DNA of 32,549 nucleotides from Spirogloea muscicola (lineage: Eukaryota). The stretch is taken from contig WELB01000016.1 of the NCBI GenBank assembly GCA_009602725.1, positions 758,122-790,670 of the forward strand. Reading direction: 5' to 3'. The translations under genes and the position numbers were made by a program. Under the pieces are notes generated by a model. The model was given only the letters and a program-made list of their open reading frames with translations, was not told where the DNA came from and did no database searches. Of this stretch, positions 1-10,381 are shown one piece after another (within the stretch, counting starts at the first letter, position 1; every line of letters begins with the position of its first letter).

Positions 1-130
1 CCGCCGCCACCGCGCCGCCGCCGCCGCCGCCGCCGCGGCCGCCGTCGCCGCCGCCACGATTTGTGGCTGCCGCCTCTGCCGGAGCCGCCGCCGCGCTCAG
101 CCTCGGAGCACGCCATCCCTCGGCGCAGGA
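1..130. promoter_or_regulatory. (CCG)n/CpG-rich island upstream of DNMT2
   Basis: Near-pure ccg repeats at 1-57, about 270 bp before the DNMT2 ATG. Confidence 0.55.
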
Positions 131-330
131 GCGGCTCTTGCATGGCCCGCGCGAAGCCAGCAAGACTTCAGGCGTCGAGCCTGGCGCAGGAGGCGGCCGC
201 TTTGCCGCCTCCCGGCTCATGTTGGCGCCGACAAAGCTGGATGCCGTCATCTGAAGGTCGAGAGCGGCCAGGGCTTAGCACGGCAGAGGACGGAAGCTGG
301 CGGTAATCGGACTTGTCCGGCACCAAATAG

Positions 331-3300
331 ATGGGGGCGCAGGCGCCGCTCCGAGTCCTAGAGTTCTACAGCGGCATCGGCGGCCTGGTGAGAACCTGCG
401 CAGGCCACATTCACGTCCATGACCAACTCCCTGCCTTCAGTCCACGACCTCGCACCATGGCACGCTTGAAGGCGTGCCAGGCAGCCACAAGCGGACGTGT
501 GCTTCATTTGTGTCCTACATTTGCAGCACATGGTGCTCTCGACATACGGTTCGCATTTTTGGCTTGCTCACAATGGTCTGCGTGGACAGAGATACTCGCT
601 GGAGGCCTCGGGCGTCTCCGCCGTCGTTGTGAGCGCGTTCGACATCAACGAGGTCGCCAACGACGTCTACGATCACAACTTTGGCCACCGGCCCAGCCAG
701 GTTGGACCTCACGCTGCAGCTGTCAACACATGCCAATGACAGGCGCGCAGCTGGAAGTTGCCAGTACTTGGCTCCTCGATGGCAGTCGCTCGAGTCTGAC
801 GCCCTGCTCAAGCTCGCATCTGCTGCCCGCTGCACTGTCTGCTCTGGCTCTGGCCGTGTCCTGGGTGCATTGCAGGTATGGCTGCACGAGCAACTACTCC
901 TGGCATTAGTTGATCCGATGGTGCCATGCCTGCACTGAGGCTTGGTCCAGGTGCGTCAATATGGGCGGCTTTCTGAACAGTCCGCGTCCTTGCTTGCTGC
1001 GCAGGGAAATGTTCAGAGGCTCAGTGTCCGGGAGCTGGACAAGTACGACAGCGATGTCTGGTTGATGTCCCCTCCCTGCCAGCCGTACACTCGGCAGGGT
1101 AAGGCCCTCAGGTGTGTGACGGTGTGTGACGGTGCAGAAGAGGCCGTCCTGCACACATCTGTGTCATGGATTTATAGTTGCCTAAAGTATAATTCCCAAT
1201 CCTAAATCCCTAAACCCTAACCCTAGACCCTAAACCCTTTTTTGTCAGTCAGGATATCTCCATGCTTCAGTTGTCGTGTAGACTCTGTCATTTATAGGAC
1301 ATAGTGAGATCTACTCTGTAACACACCTCTTTGGACTGCGTCAATCCTCACCTCTCTTCCCTGCTCTTCTAGTCCTCTCTTTGTGACGGGACTATGTCAG
1401 TGAGTTGGCGTCCCCTCATCAAAGCTTGCATGGCAGGCCTCAAGAAGGATTCGTCTGATGGCAGAGCCACGTCCTTCCTGAGCTTGCTGGAGAAGCTCCA
1501 GAAGATGCGGAAACCGCCTCGTTACCTCCTTGTGGAGAATGTTGTGGGCTTTGAGGTTTCCCAGCTGCCCCCCAACCCCCATTGTCCCTGCAGAATGTAC
1601 TGTTGGAGGAATTGTCCATTACTGCCAATTACTGCCAATTACAGGCAGCAGCTAGGGAGAGTTGAGTGAGAGCGGGGAACGAGCAGTGTGTCTGACAAGT
1701 TCTTATCAGGTGTCAGACACACATGCTCGGCTCATGTGTGCACTGGAGCAAGCAGACTTCCACGCTCAGGAGTTTGTCCACAGCCCCATCGACTTTGGGA
1801 TACCATACTCAAGGCCTCGGTACTTCTGCCTGGTGTGTTCTCAGCACTTCTACCCCTTCATTGTGCACCTCTGTTGCAGAAGAGGTTGGGCTCGGTCACT
1901 TCGACTTGGACAGTGGCCCCTTCTTGCAACCCTGCTTGACTTGTATTGAACTACTAACAGCAAGAGCACCTTGATTGGACTGTTCTTGCTTGCATTGATT
2001 GTACATTCTGCACTGACATAAAGACCTCCTCATGCAGGCAAAGCACAGGACGGTTGCAGATTGCAGCCCGAGCCTAGTTGATTGCTATAACCAGGATATG
2101 GCAGTACCTCTTTGTTACTCCGGCGCCAGCACCAGGGAGGGAGCCGAGGAAGATGAACTGGCAGTGAAGTGCAGGTTGCGTAACACGGAGCATGTAGAAG
2201 CTGACCACTGCGTACGCCAGGATGCTGGGAGCCTAGCTGGTCCATGTCATTGCTGGCCCCCGCGAGCACCTAGGCTACTTGGTGAATTCTTGGACTTAGA
2301 ACCGGACGCATGTGGTGAACTCGAAGAATCGCAAGACTTGGTCTCTGTAGGAGGCACAGCGAGCACCTCAGACATTACCCAAGCTTCCATTTGTGAGAAT
2401 CTTCAAGCATTGGATGTGGTCAGCTCCGAAAGTGCTGCTCACTTAGAACAACCAGGAAGGCCAGGGGATATGCACAGCAGCAGAGCAGCACCAATTTCTG
2501 CGAGTGCAAGCAATACTGCAGAGCTGGCAGAGGGCGTCAATGAGACCAGCAACTCTTGGCAGCCATACAAAGTACCACCCAGCATTTTGCGACGTTGGGG
2601 TGAAGCGCTTGGTACGTGCTTGCACTCCACCTATTCTGAAACGTTCCGTCCTTGGTCGAAGTCATCAAGATAAGTTAGCCACTACCGTTGTTGGGTGCTG
2701 TATTAGATGTGAGATTGAAGCTAGCCACAAAGACAACTGCAAGCGGGATACCTAATTGCTTGTGAGATATGCGTCTTCTTTTTATAGGCGTTGCCCGTGA
2801 AGCTTCAGACAAATATTTGAAATTCTTCTGAGAGTCATTCTGTTTGCTGACTGCAAGTAGCCCTAAGCCTGCTGTTTAGAAGTGGCAACATAAGAATGTT
2901 TTGGATGTAAGAAAGTATGTTTTGATGTAAGAAAAATTTTTTTGACGGCCGTTCATGGACATTTGTGCCAGACATTACTACAGACCAATCGCTTAGGTGC
3001 TGCTGCTTTACAAAGAGCTATGTCAGATACGCGAAAGGCACTGGCTCAGTTTTGGCAACCAAGGTATTGGTCAGCAATTTCGTCTTGCCCATGAGGCTCC
3101 AACACCATGCTGTTCCTTCAGGACAATTCATGTGACACGCGCTACATGTTGCGAAGTCAGAATCTTCCAGCAAATAGACAACCACTTGGCACATATATGA
3201 TCGTCGACCCTTTCCAATTGTCTTGGAGCCTTGAAGTACATGCTGGAGCCCAGGCCAGCTTGGGCCAGCTTGTCTGATGATGCGCTCGATGAGTGACCAA

Positions 3301-4171
3301 TATGACACGAACCGTTCCAGGTCGATGGTCTTGATATGCATCCCACAACTGGCTCAGAGAAAGTGACCACGTGGAGAGGAGTTCCACTCAACGAATTGGA
3401 GCTTCGATACTTCACCCCACGAGAGGTACAAGAAAGCTAGCTGCATCAGACTCTCAATGAACAGTGCCAAATGCCTGCGCTGACGCAATGCCTGCATTGA
3501 CAGCATCATAATTGCGTCTGATTGGCAGCTTCTCTTGCCTTCCTACAGAAAGGATCATGATTCTTTTCAAGCTCCACATGTGCAGGTGGCAAACTTGCAT
3601 AGCTTCCCGCGGAGTTTCAACTTCCCTTGCCATGTGACCCTTAAGCAAAGGTGTTGTATCTGACCTGCAATCTCGCCGACTGTTGATCCTGATGCACAGT
3701 CAAATGACTGAGACGAAATTGACTACTCTTGGTGCAATATTCACCCCTCTTCTCAACCCTTTCTGCAAACTCGCAACCCAACGCGTTTCTTCCTCCTTCC
3801 TCATACTGCCCTTCCCCTCTCCCGCTGCTTGTGGAGCTGCCTCGCGAACTCCTGTGCATCGACCTCTTCTGCCACACTCCATGGGCCTTAGCTTTTCGTG
3901 CGCGCTTGGAACGAGGCTAGCCATGATTCAATGACAGTCTTGATGCTGCCCCTGGCATGGTCTTCAGAAATTCCTTCTCCTGCTGTGGCTCAGGTATGCA
4001 ATGCTGGGTAACAGTCTCAATGTGACTGTCGTGGCTGCTCTCCTGAAACATCTCCTCATGCCTCCGCCTTTGGCAAAGAAAGTTCTTCATTTGTGCACCG
4101 AAAAGAACGAGGAGATTCTAGGAGCAGGAGAGAGTGCTTGTGGTGGTGAACAAGTACTTTCTGGAATTTAG
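331..4171 (+). CDS. DNMT2: tRNA (cytosine-38-C5)-methyltransferase DNMT2/TRDMT1, 10 exons: 331-387, 590-700, 1005-1098, 1437-1555, 1710-1832, 2038-2611, 2972-3063, 3321-3425, 3586-3650, 3994-4171
   Basis: The spliced translation has the C5-MTase motifs in order: I (LEFYSGIGG), IV ([11 protein letters not shown]), VI (VENVVGFE), VIII (PYSRPRYF), the DNMT2-diagnostic CFT motif ([15 protein letters not shown]), IX ([16 protein letters not shown]) and X (LGNSLNV). All introns are GT-AG with consistent phases. Stop TAG at 4169-4171. Confidence 0.95.
1195..1238 (+). repeat. Degenerate plant-type telomeric repeat tract (CCCTAAA) in DNMT2 intron 3
   Basis: Sequence reads cccaat cctaaat ccctaaa ccctaa ccctaga ccctaaa ccct. 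Confidence 0.8.
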
Positions 4172-4460
4172 GGAGCAATGCCTGCCAGTTCTGTTCTGTT
4201 CTTGATGCACGACTAAGCATTGTGCAAGCAACACGTCCTGCACACAAAGCTCATGCACAGACTGTATGCCTTCTGCCCTCGGCAAAGCTGTAGAATTGCA
4301 AGGTTGCAAAATTGCTCAGAAGCAAAAGTTGCCTGATTGCAGAATTGGCAGACTCCAAAATTGTTATTGTAAACCGCAGTATTGCAGTTTCATAAGCCCT
4401 GTGCCAGCTCTCCTGTACAGCAACGCCCCTCATGCTGAAGGAACATCCCAAAGGTGCAGT

Positions 4461-7400
4461 TCAAAGGCGAGAAGATGATGGGCTCTCTTGTATGAGTCCG
4501 AGGCACTTCAGCGTGAATGAATACTCAAATGCACGTTCTTTGAGCTTGTCGAACCTGCAGTCACGAGTCCCCACTATTTAGCACAGAAATTGCTTGACCA
4601 ATACACAGCACAGCAAGAGTGAAGAAGCAACAGGTCATCCAGACGCCATGAGCTGTGTCAAGGTGACCCAGAATAATCTGACGAGGTCAACAGGGCCCAA
4701 TAGGCCAATGGTGTGCATGGCAGACCTGCCAGACTTCGAAAAGTGGCCGGCACCAAGGTCGCATTTAAATACAATAGGGCGCGACTCATTCAGCTGATTC
4801 TTCCGCAGCTTCGCGACCCACTTGGCAGGCTCCCAGTACCCCACCCTAGGATCTGCGATGGGTATGTTGGAAATGAGCTTCTCCCACATGTACGAGCACC
4901 ATGGCAAATGCTGTATGCTGAGTGCCTATTAGCCTTCTGCATCGCTTGGGCATATTTGCAGCAAAGTGGGGGTCATACCATGCAAGCCGGCCGTCACAAG
5001 GATATTGGGATATTCTCTCTTTGTCACCTGCAACATCACCCACAGAGTCTCTCAGGAATTGTCGAAGACAAATTGTGGAGCAACCACAATAACACGGATC
5101 AGGCATCCTTGATATCAAAGCTATAACATCAGCTGTAAAGTGCCAAACTTGATCTTGACTTTGTGAATAAGTCAGCCTGTAGCGATGCAAAGACACAGGT
5201 GCATGCACATGAGGGGGCACTTGGCCAGATGAAGGCTACTGACGTTGTCCACAGGAGAGTATGACCTCATATACTTGAAGTACTCCTCCTTGCTTGGATT
5301 TCCCCACTCCTAGTAAAACAGACATTTATTCCAGCTTTTATTACAACCAGTACTTATCAATGACCTTCAAGGTGCTGCTGGTACAAGCCATGGTTGACAT
5401 CATCTGGTACGTTATCCTTCACTCATGCATGACTAGGCATCTACTCCTAGTATAGCTATTGTTATATTGCTGCAACAACAGTCTGAACGTACCTCCCACT
5501 CGATGGTCGTCAGGGGAATGGAGGGATCAAGCATGGTTGTGACAATGTCCACAAATGGCACCCCAGCAAAGGCCACCTGAGGCAGATTCTAAGAGAAAGC
5601 TCAGAAACACAGGGGGCACTACTGGGTCATAGAAGTTCTTGACACGAAGAATCACATGGAATGTTGGCCCTGTCTGCTGGCTGCCTCTGCTATCACTACC
5701 TACCAAGAGGTTTGGCAGCCACCTCTGACCTGTAGCAAGGTATCAATACCAGCAAACAGGAAGATACCCACATCATGATGAGCGGTGCTCCGTGTAGGAG
5801 TCATAGGCGTCAAACATGGTATCTAAATGTGTACAAGACAAGCGTGAAACATAGAGGATGTTCAATGTTGTATCCAGACTGCAATTGGTCCTGCCAAACG
5901 CACCCGGAAAAGGTCTGGCCGCATGTTGAGCACAGCTCCGATCAAGAGGCCTCCTGCACTTCGACCTTCAATGCACAACTTGTCCCTAGCCGCCCATCTG
6001 CGTCCAGGAGGACAGGGTCACTAGCCTGTCACCATCCTTTGGCCGCAGCATCGCAAAGGTGGAGGTTGCAGAGCACATACCATGGTGTGGATAACAACAA
6101 TCATGTGAAATATTAATGCTAAGCATACAGGGAGTGGCAGTATTTGCATGTTAGAGGGAGCACTGGCTTGCCTACTTGTGCTCAATGAGGTACTGGGAGC
6201 AGGCAATGAAGTCGGAGAACGTGTTCTTCTTCTTCAGGTACTTCCCATCCTCGTACCACTTCCTACCTAGCTCTCCACCCCCCCGAATGTGTGCCATAGC
6301 GAAAGTAACTCCACGATCCAGCAGAGGCAGGATGTTGCTGTTAAAGTAGGGGTCATTTGGGATCTGTAGCAGCAAACCACAGCGCTTATCTAGCTTTCAG
6401 TCAAGCAAGCTTCAGTGTAGGGAACTGTAAAGCATGTATTTTCTTGTAAACATCTGCAATGCTTCTGCACTTATCACACTTCTTCTATCTCAGTAATACA
6501 AATACTTGAGGCTGCACAAAGAATGGACTTGGTGTAGGAGACCTACATACCTCATAGGCTCCATAACCATTTAGCAGAACTGGGTCAGTGCCATCAAGAT
6601 TGGCCTTCTCTTTCCGATACACAATGGAGATCGGCACTTTCGTGTTGTCTTCAGCAGTAGCCCATCGGCGGACAGTGGCATAATTGTCCTTATCAAAGCC
6701 TCCTAGGACCTGGCCAAAAGGATGGTGGAGCTTATCAAAATTGCTTCTTGTCAAGGAGCCTTTACAATCTTCATACACAGACAGATCAGACAAATCAGAC
6801 GAATTAGAGCTGCAGATTTTTAGTAAGCTGATGCAACAGCTTAAGGCCAAAGCACGACACATGACTATTGGGAACTTTACCGGCTGAACTCTTTTCAATG
6901 CCCTCTTCCCAGTCCTCATGTCGTAGTCAAATGTGGAATAAGGGGTCTTGAGAGACGTGAAGCCAAAGCGCAGTATTGCAGACTTGTACTGACCGTACTC
7001 CTCTGAGACAGAGTATGCTTCCTCGTCAAAGGTAATGTTCTTCCCAGCAGGCAGACTTGCTATGGGCTGGCCCACAGGAGGCAGTTCATAGACTGTGATG
7101 CCCTGTAGCCCATTCTCCCTTACAAACAGTACCAGGTGATCGCGAAAAGCCTGGATGCCTTCCAACTTGACGCTGTACACAAGAAGGTACATAGGTTCAC
7201 TGAGAGATGTTAGTAGAAGCTGCCCATATATTTCTAATTAAATGTCAAATTATTGAGATCAGCCAATGAGATGTGGTAAACAAAGGGTGACAATGGCCAG
7301 GCAAGGCAGGAAAGTACAAAGTCATTGCTGACCTGGGCCTGTGTGGAAGTAGCACCGACAGCTCGCCGAAATTGCTCACAGGGCAGACCAGAAGCTCCGA

Positions 7401-9497
7401 GTTGTAATTCTCCTCGGTGCGCCTGATGATGAAGAAGTGGTCCCCTCTGTGCGTGACGGAGGCCTCAACGTCCTGCACTCTGGGTGTGATGGCTGTCCAC
7501 TCCCCTTGGGGAGAGGTAGTGGGAATGCTGAACTCATGGGAAGTCACTGCACTGCCTGCTGCGAGGAAGAGATAGTCCCCAGACTCTGAGCGCGACAAGG
7601 AGAGGTAGAAGGACTCATCCTCCTCGTGGAAGACGCACGTGTCTGAGGAAGGGTCTGCGCCGACTGTGTGCCTCCAGACCTGAGCAGGGTGACCAGATCA
7701 GAACACCGAATTAACAAACCAACAGATCTGCCCTGCCAACATTGCTTGATTGGGGTGCTGACGACAGCAAACTGAGGCTGATAATCCAAGAGTTATTAGA
7801 GTACTTCACACTGGAGTAATGGAAGGCACAGATTGTAGCAGGGTCAGTGATGTCACCTTGTACGGGCGATCAAGCTTGTCCTTCGTGATGTAGAACACAG
7901 TTTTGTTGTCGTTAGCCCATGCTACATCGCCACTGGTGGCTGGTATTCCAGGCCCAAGTTGTGCGTTCGTGGCCAGATCCCAAATTCCCAATGTGTGCTT
8001 CTCTCCACCCTCTGTATCCTCTGCATAAGCCACAAACTTGTGGTCTTGGCTAACCTGGACGCCAAGCACGAGCAGGGACTTAGCAAACAGCAACAGCAAG
8101 TAAGGTAATTATTGCAAGGTCAAGCTCATCATTTTGGAGTTCATTCGTGTTCCTGTACGCTATGGGCTCAGGCTGCAGATCCACTACACGAAGTTGTGAT
8201 CCATAAGCGAATACAATTAGCTTTGATAGTCATTGCTTCTGTGGCCTATCTGATACTCCAGACTCACACAAGCTGGTCCGCTTCTCTCACCTTGAAACCA
8301 GCAACCTTATAAAAGTCAAAGCTGGACGCCTTCTTGTTCTCGTCTAAAAGCACCTCCTCTGGGGGTGCGTTCTCACTGGTGTCCATCACATCATCAACTG
8401 CCCCCTCGCCTTCTCCATCGGCAATGCTGCGGCGGCAATGCACTCGGTATTGCTCGCCCTCCACAGTTCTGGTGTAATAATAATAAGGACCCTTCCTTCA
8501 AAACAGCGCCCAATGCAGATGGAATTAGCTCAGAAGGACTGCATCAAAGTGCTGACAATCAACGCAGTGCAGGTGCAGCTGCAGGTCAATTACTCTTCAA
8601 GAAGCTATCTGACATCAAAAGCTGCGAAGCAAGGAATAGTGGCGAGAGATTGTCTAGTCCAGGCTGTGTGGGAGCTGAGTGGCTGTGTGGGAGCTGAGTG
8701 GCGGTTCTTGCGCCTGGAGGTGGCACCTGATTGGAACAGATGAATCGTCCTCCTTGATCTTGGCCCTCATCTCCAGGTAGAGGTCGTCCTGGAATGCTTT
8801 GGTGTCTCCCATGACGGCTTCCACATATGCATTCTCAGCCTTGAGGTGCTCGAGCACCTCGGAGTTCTTCCTGTCATCATCCCGCAGCCAGTAGTAGGGA
8901 TCGTCTCTGACCTCCCCAAAGAGCTCGGGGAACTTGTAGTCTACCTCCTTGGTTCTGCCGATTGAGCACGCATCGCAAGTCAGAACTTGCAGACTGGAAA
9001 ACTAGCTGTCAGCAGCTGACATACAACATCAGCGAGGTAATAAGTATAGCAGATTGTCTCTAACTAGATTCAGTCGACTGCTTGGTTTGATCGTACTGCG
9101 GACAAGCAAAACGCTTGGCTCAAGAAGAAGCACTGTGAAGTATGCGACTTGCAGAGTACTTACTCTGGTGGCTGCGGCAAGGTCACTGCCCCGGCTGCGG
9201 CAGCGCTGCTGGAATACTTGTTCGACCCTGCTGGGACCTCTGGAGGCGCCAAGGGAAAAGGAGACCGGGCGCAGTGACCTTGAGGTCAGTGACTGAGCCA
9301 TACCTGTAACACTTGCAGGGAGAATACCGACATAAGGCCTCAATTGAGCTACCAGACTAGACACACTTCTCTCGAGAAGGCGTCGTTAAACGCCATTGCT
9401 GGGACACCTTAGCAACAACGAAGTGAGAGTCAGAGCCACCCCCACCTGCGGCGGTGACGCTGCCGGCCCCTTGAGAGGACGCCATTGCGGAAGCCAT
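4461..9497 (-). CDS. Oligopeptidase B / protease II (S9A prolyl oligopeptidase family). Exons (+ coordinates): 9446-9497, 9164-9239, 8727-8954, 8291-8495, 7857-8054, 7333-7679, 6881-7172, 6551-6709, 6176-6363, 5904-5997, 5493-5576, 5244-5309, 4979-5027, 4726-4852, 4461-4554
   Basis: The spliced protein contains DPYYWLRDD, a beta-propeller region, [27 protein letters not shown], catalytic Ser GRSAGG, VPFVD..EWEEWGNP, catalytic Asp ([15 protein letters not shown]) and catalytic His ([10 protein letters not shown]). It ends ...SSSRL*. The first two exons and the start ATG are less certain than the rest. Confidence 0.93.
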
Positions 9498-9619
9498 GGC
9501 TGCAGGCACAGAACGGACGGCCCGACAGCGCCACGCCACGTCAAGTCTTGACGAGCCACGAGCCAAACGAACACGGTGCGTCGTGGCTCCCACTAAGTCA
9601 GCACTCAGGGACTACCGAG

Positions 9620-9810
9620 GCCCTGCGATCGCGCCGCAAGCTCTGGACCGTCCGGTCGCTGCGGCTGCGGCGCACCTCCCAGGAGGGCGGCGCGGCGGGT
9701 GGCGGTGCCGCCGCCGCCGCCGCAGCAGCAGCGGCAGAAGGCGGGCCTTGCGGNGTGTGCTGACCCCGCCGTCTGAGCTGGCCACGCTTGGGGCGTCCGT
9801 GCCAGCCCGT
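9620..9810. promoter_or_regulatory. CpG/(GCC)n island at the oligopeptidase B 5' end
   Basis: ggcggcgcggcgg...gccgccgccgccgccgcagcagcagcgg, 120-310 bp upstream of the ATG on the minus strand. Confidence 0.55.
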
Positions 9811-9938
9811 TCGCTAACCTGACGGCCGGAACCACCTGCTTTCCAACCCAGGACGACGGCAGGCAGGCAGGCCCACTGCCCCACTGGCTGGGCAACAACC
9901 CAACCGGAGGGCAAACAGAAGAGCACCCCCAGGGAGAA

Positions 9939-10255
9939 CCGCTAACTTGCCACGCGCTTTGAGAACGATGGCGGCTGTGGTACGAAGTTGCCTCCCTGTT
10001 CCAGCATCTGATCCAGCTAGTTTGACTCAATGGCGTTGTGGTTTGCGGCGGGGAGGAGATTCTGGGGCTCTTTGATTGCTTCAATTGCTTCAATTGTACA
10101 GCCATACACGCAGCGCTTCTTGTTGTCGACAAGGAGCATACCCATGTCCTTGTACGAGATGCCATTTTCGGGCATCTCCTTTTCAAGGTTGATGATTACA
10201 CAACCCCATATTTGAACATGTAGACTCCAACGGCGCTGTCACACACACTGCTACC
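9939..10255 (-). pseudogene. Unidentified degenerate coding fragment between the nucleotidase 3' end and the oligopeptidase B promoter
   Basis: Minus strand reads SSVCDSAVGVYMFKYGVV, then a frameshift, then IINLEKEMPENGISYKDMGMLLVDNKKRCVYGCTIEAIEAIKEPQNLLPAANHNAIESN*LDQMLEQGGNFVPQPPSFSKRVAS*. Composition is protein-like with many AAG/GAG/GAC/AAC/ATC codons. Confidence 0.35.
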
Positions 10256-10381
10256 TGCTGGTTACAAGTATGCTGGCAACTATGAGAAAAGGGAAGACTG
10301 TATGCACTCCCACGAAAGGGAATGTCACCTGAACATGACGGTGTTGGTCACCACAATCTGTCCATGCTGATGCCCGACCAA

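Noticed and set aside
9029..9364. ORF MSSLV...[12 protein letters not shown] as the oligopeptidase B transit peptide
   Set aside because: Its phase at the GTAAGT donor (9163) is incompatible with the next exon. A different frame (…LPQPPE|TKEV) fits.
10130..10240. Resemblance of GVYMFKYGVV...TIEA to ADP-glucose pyrophosphorylase
   Set aside because: The key DFG and YWEDIG motifs are absent, so the fragment was left unassigned.
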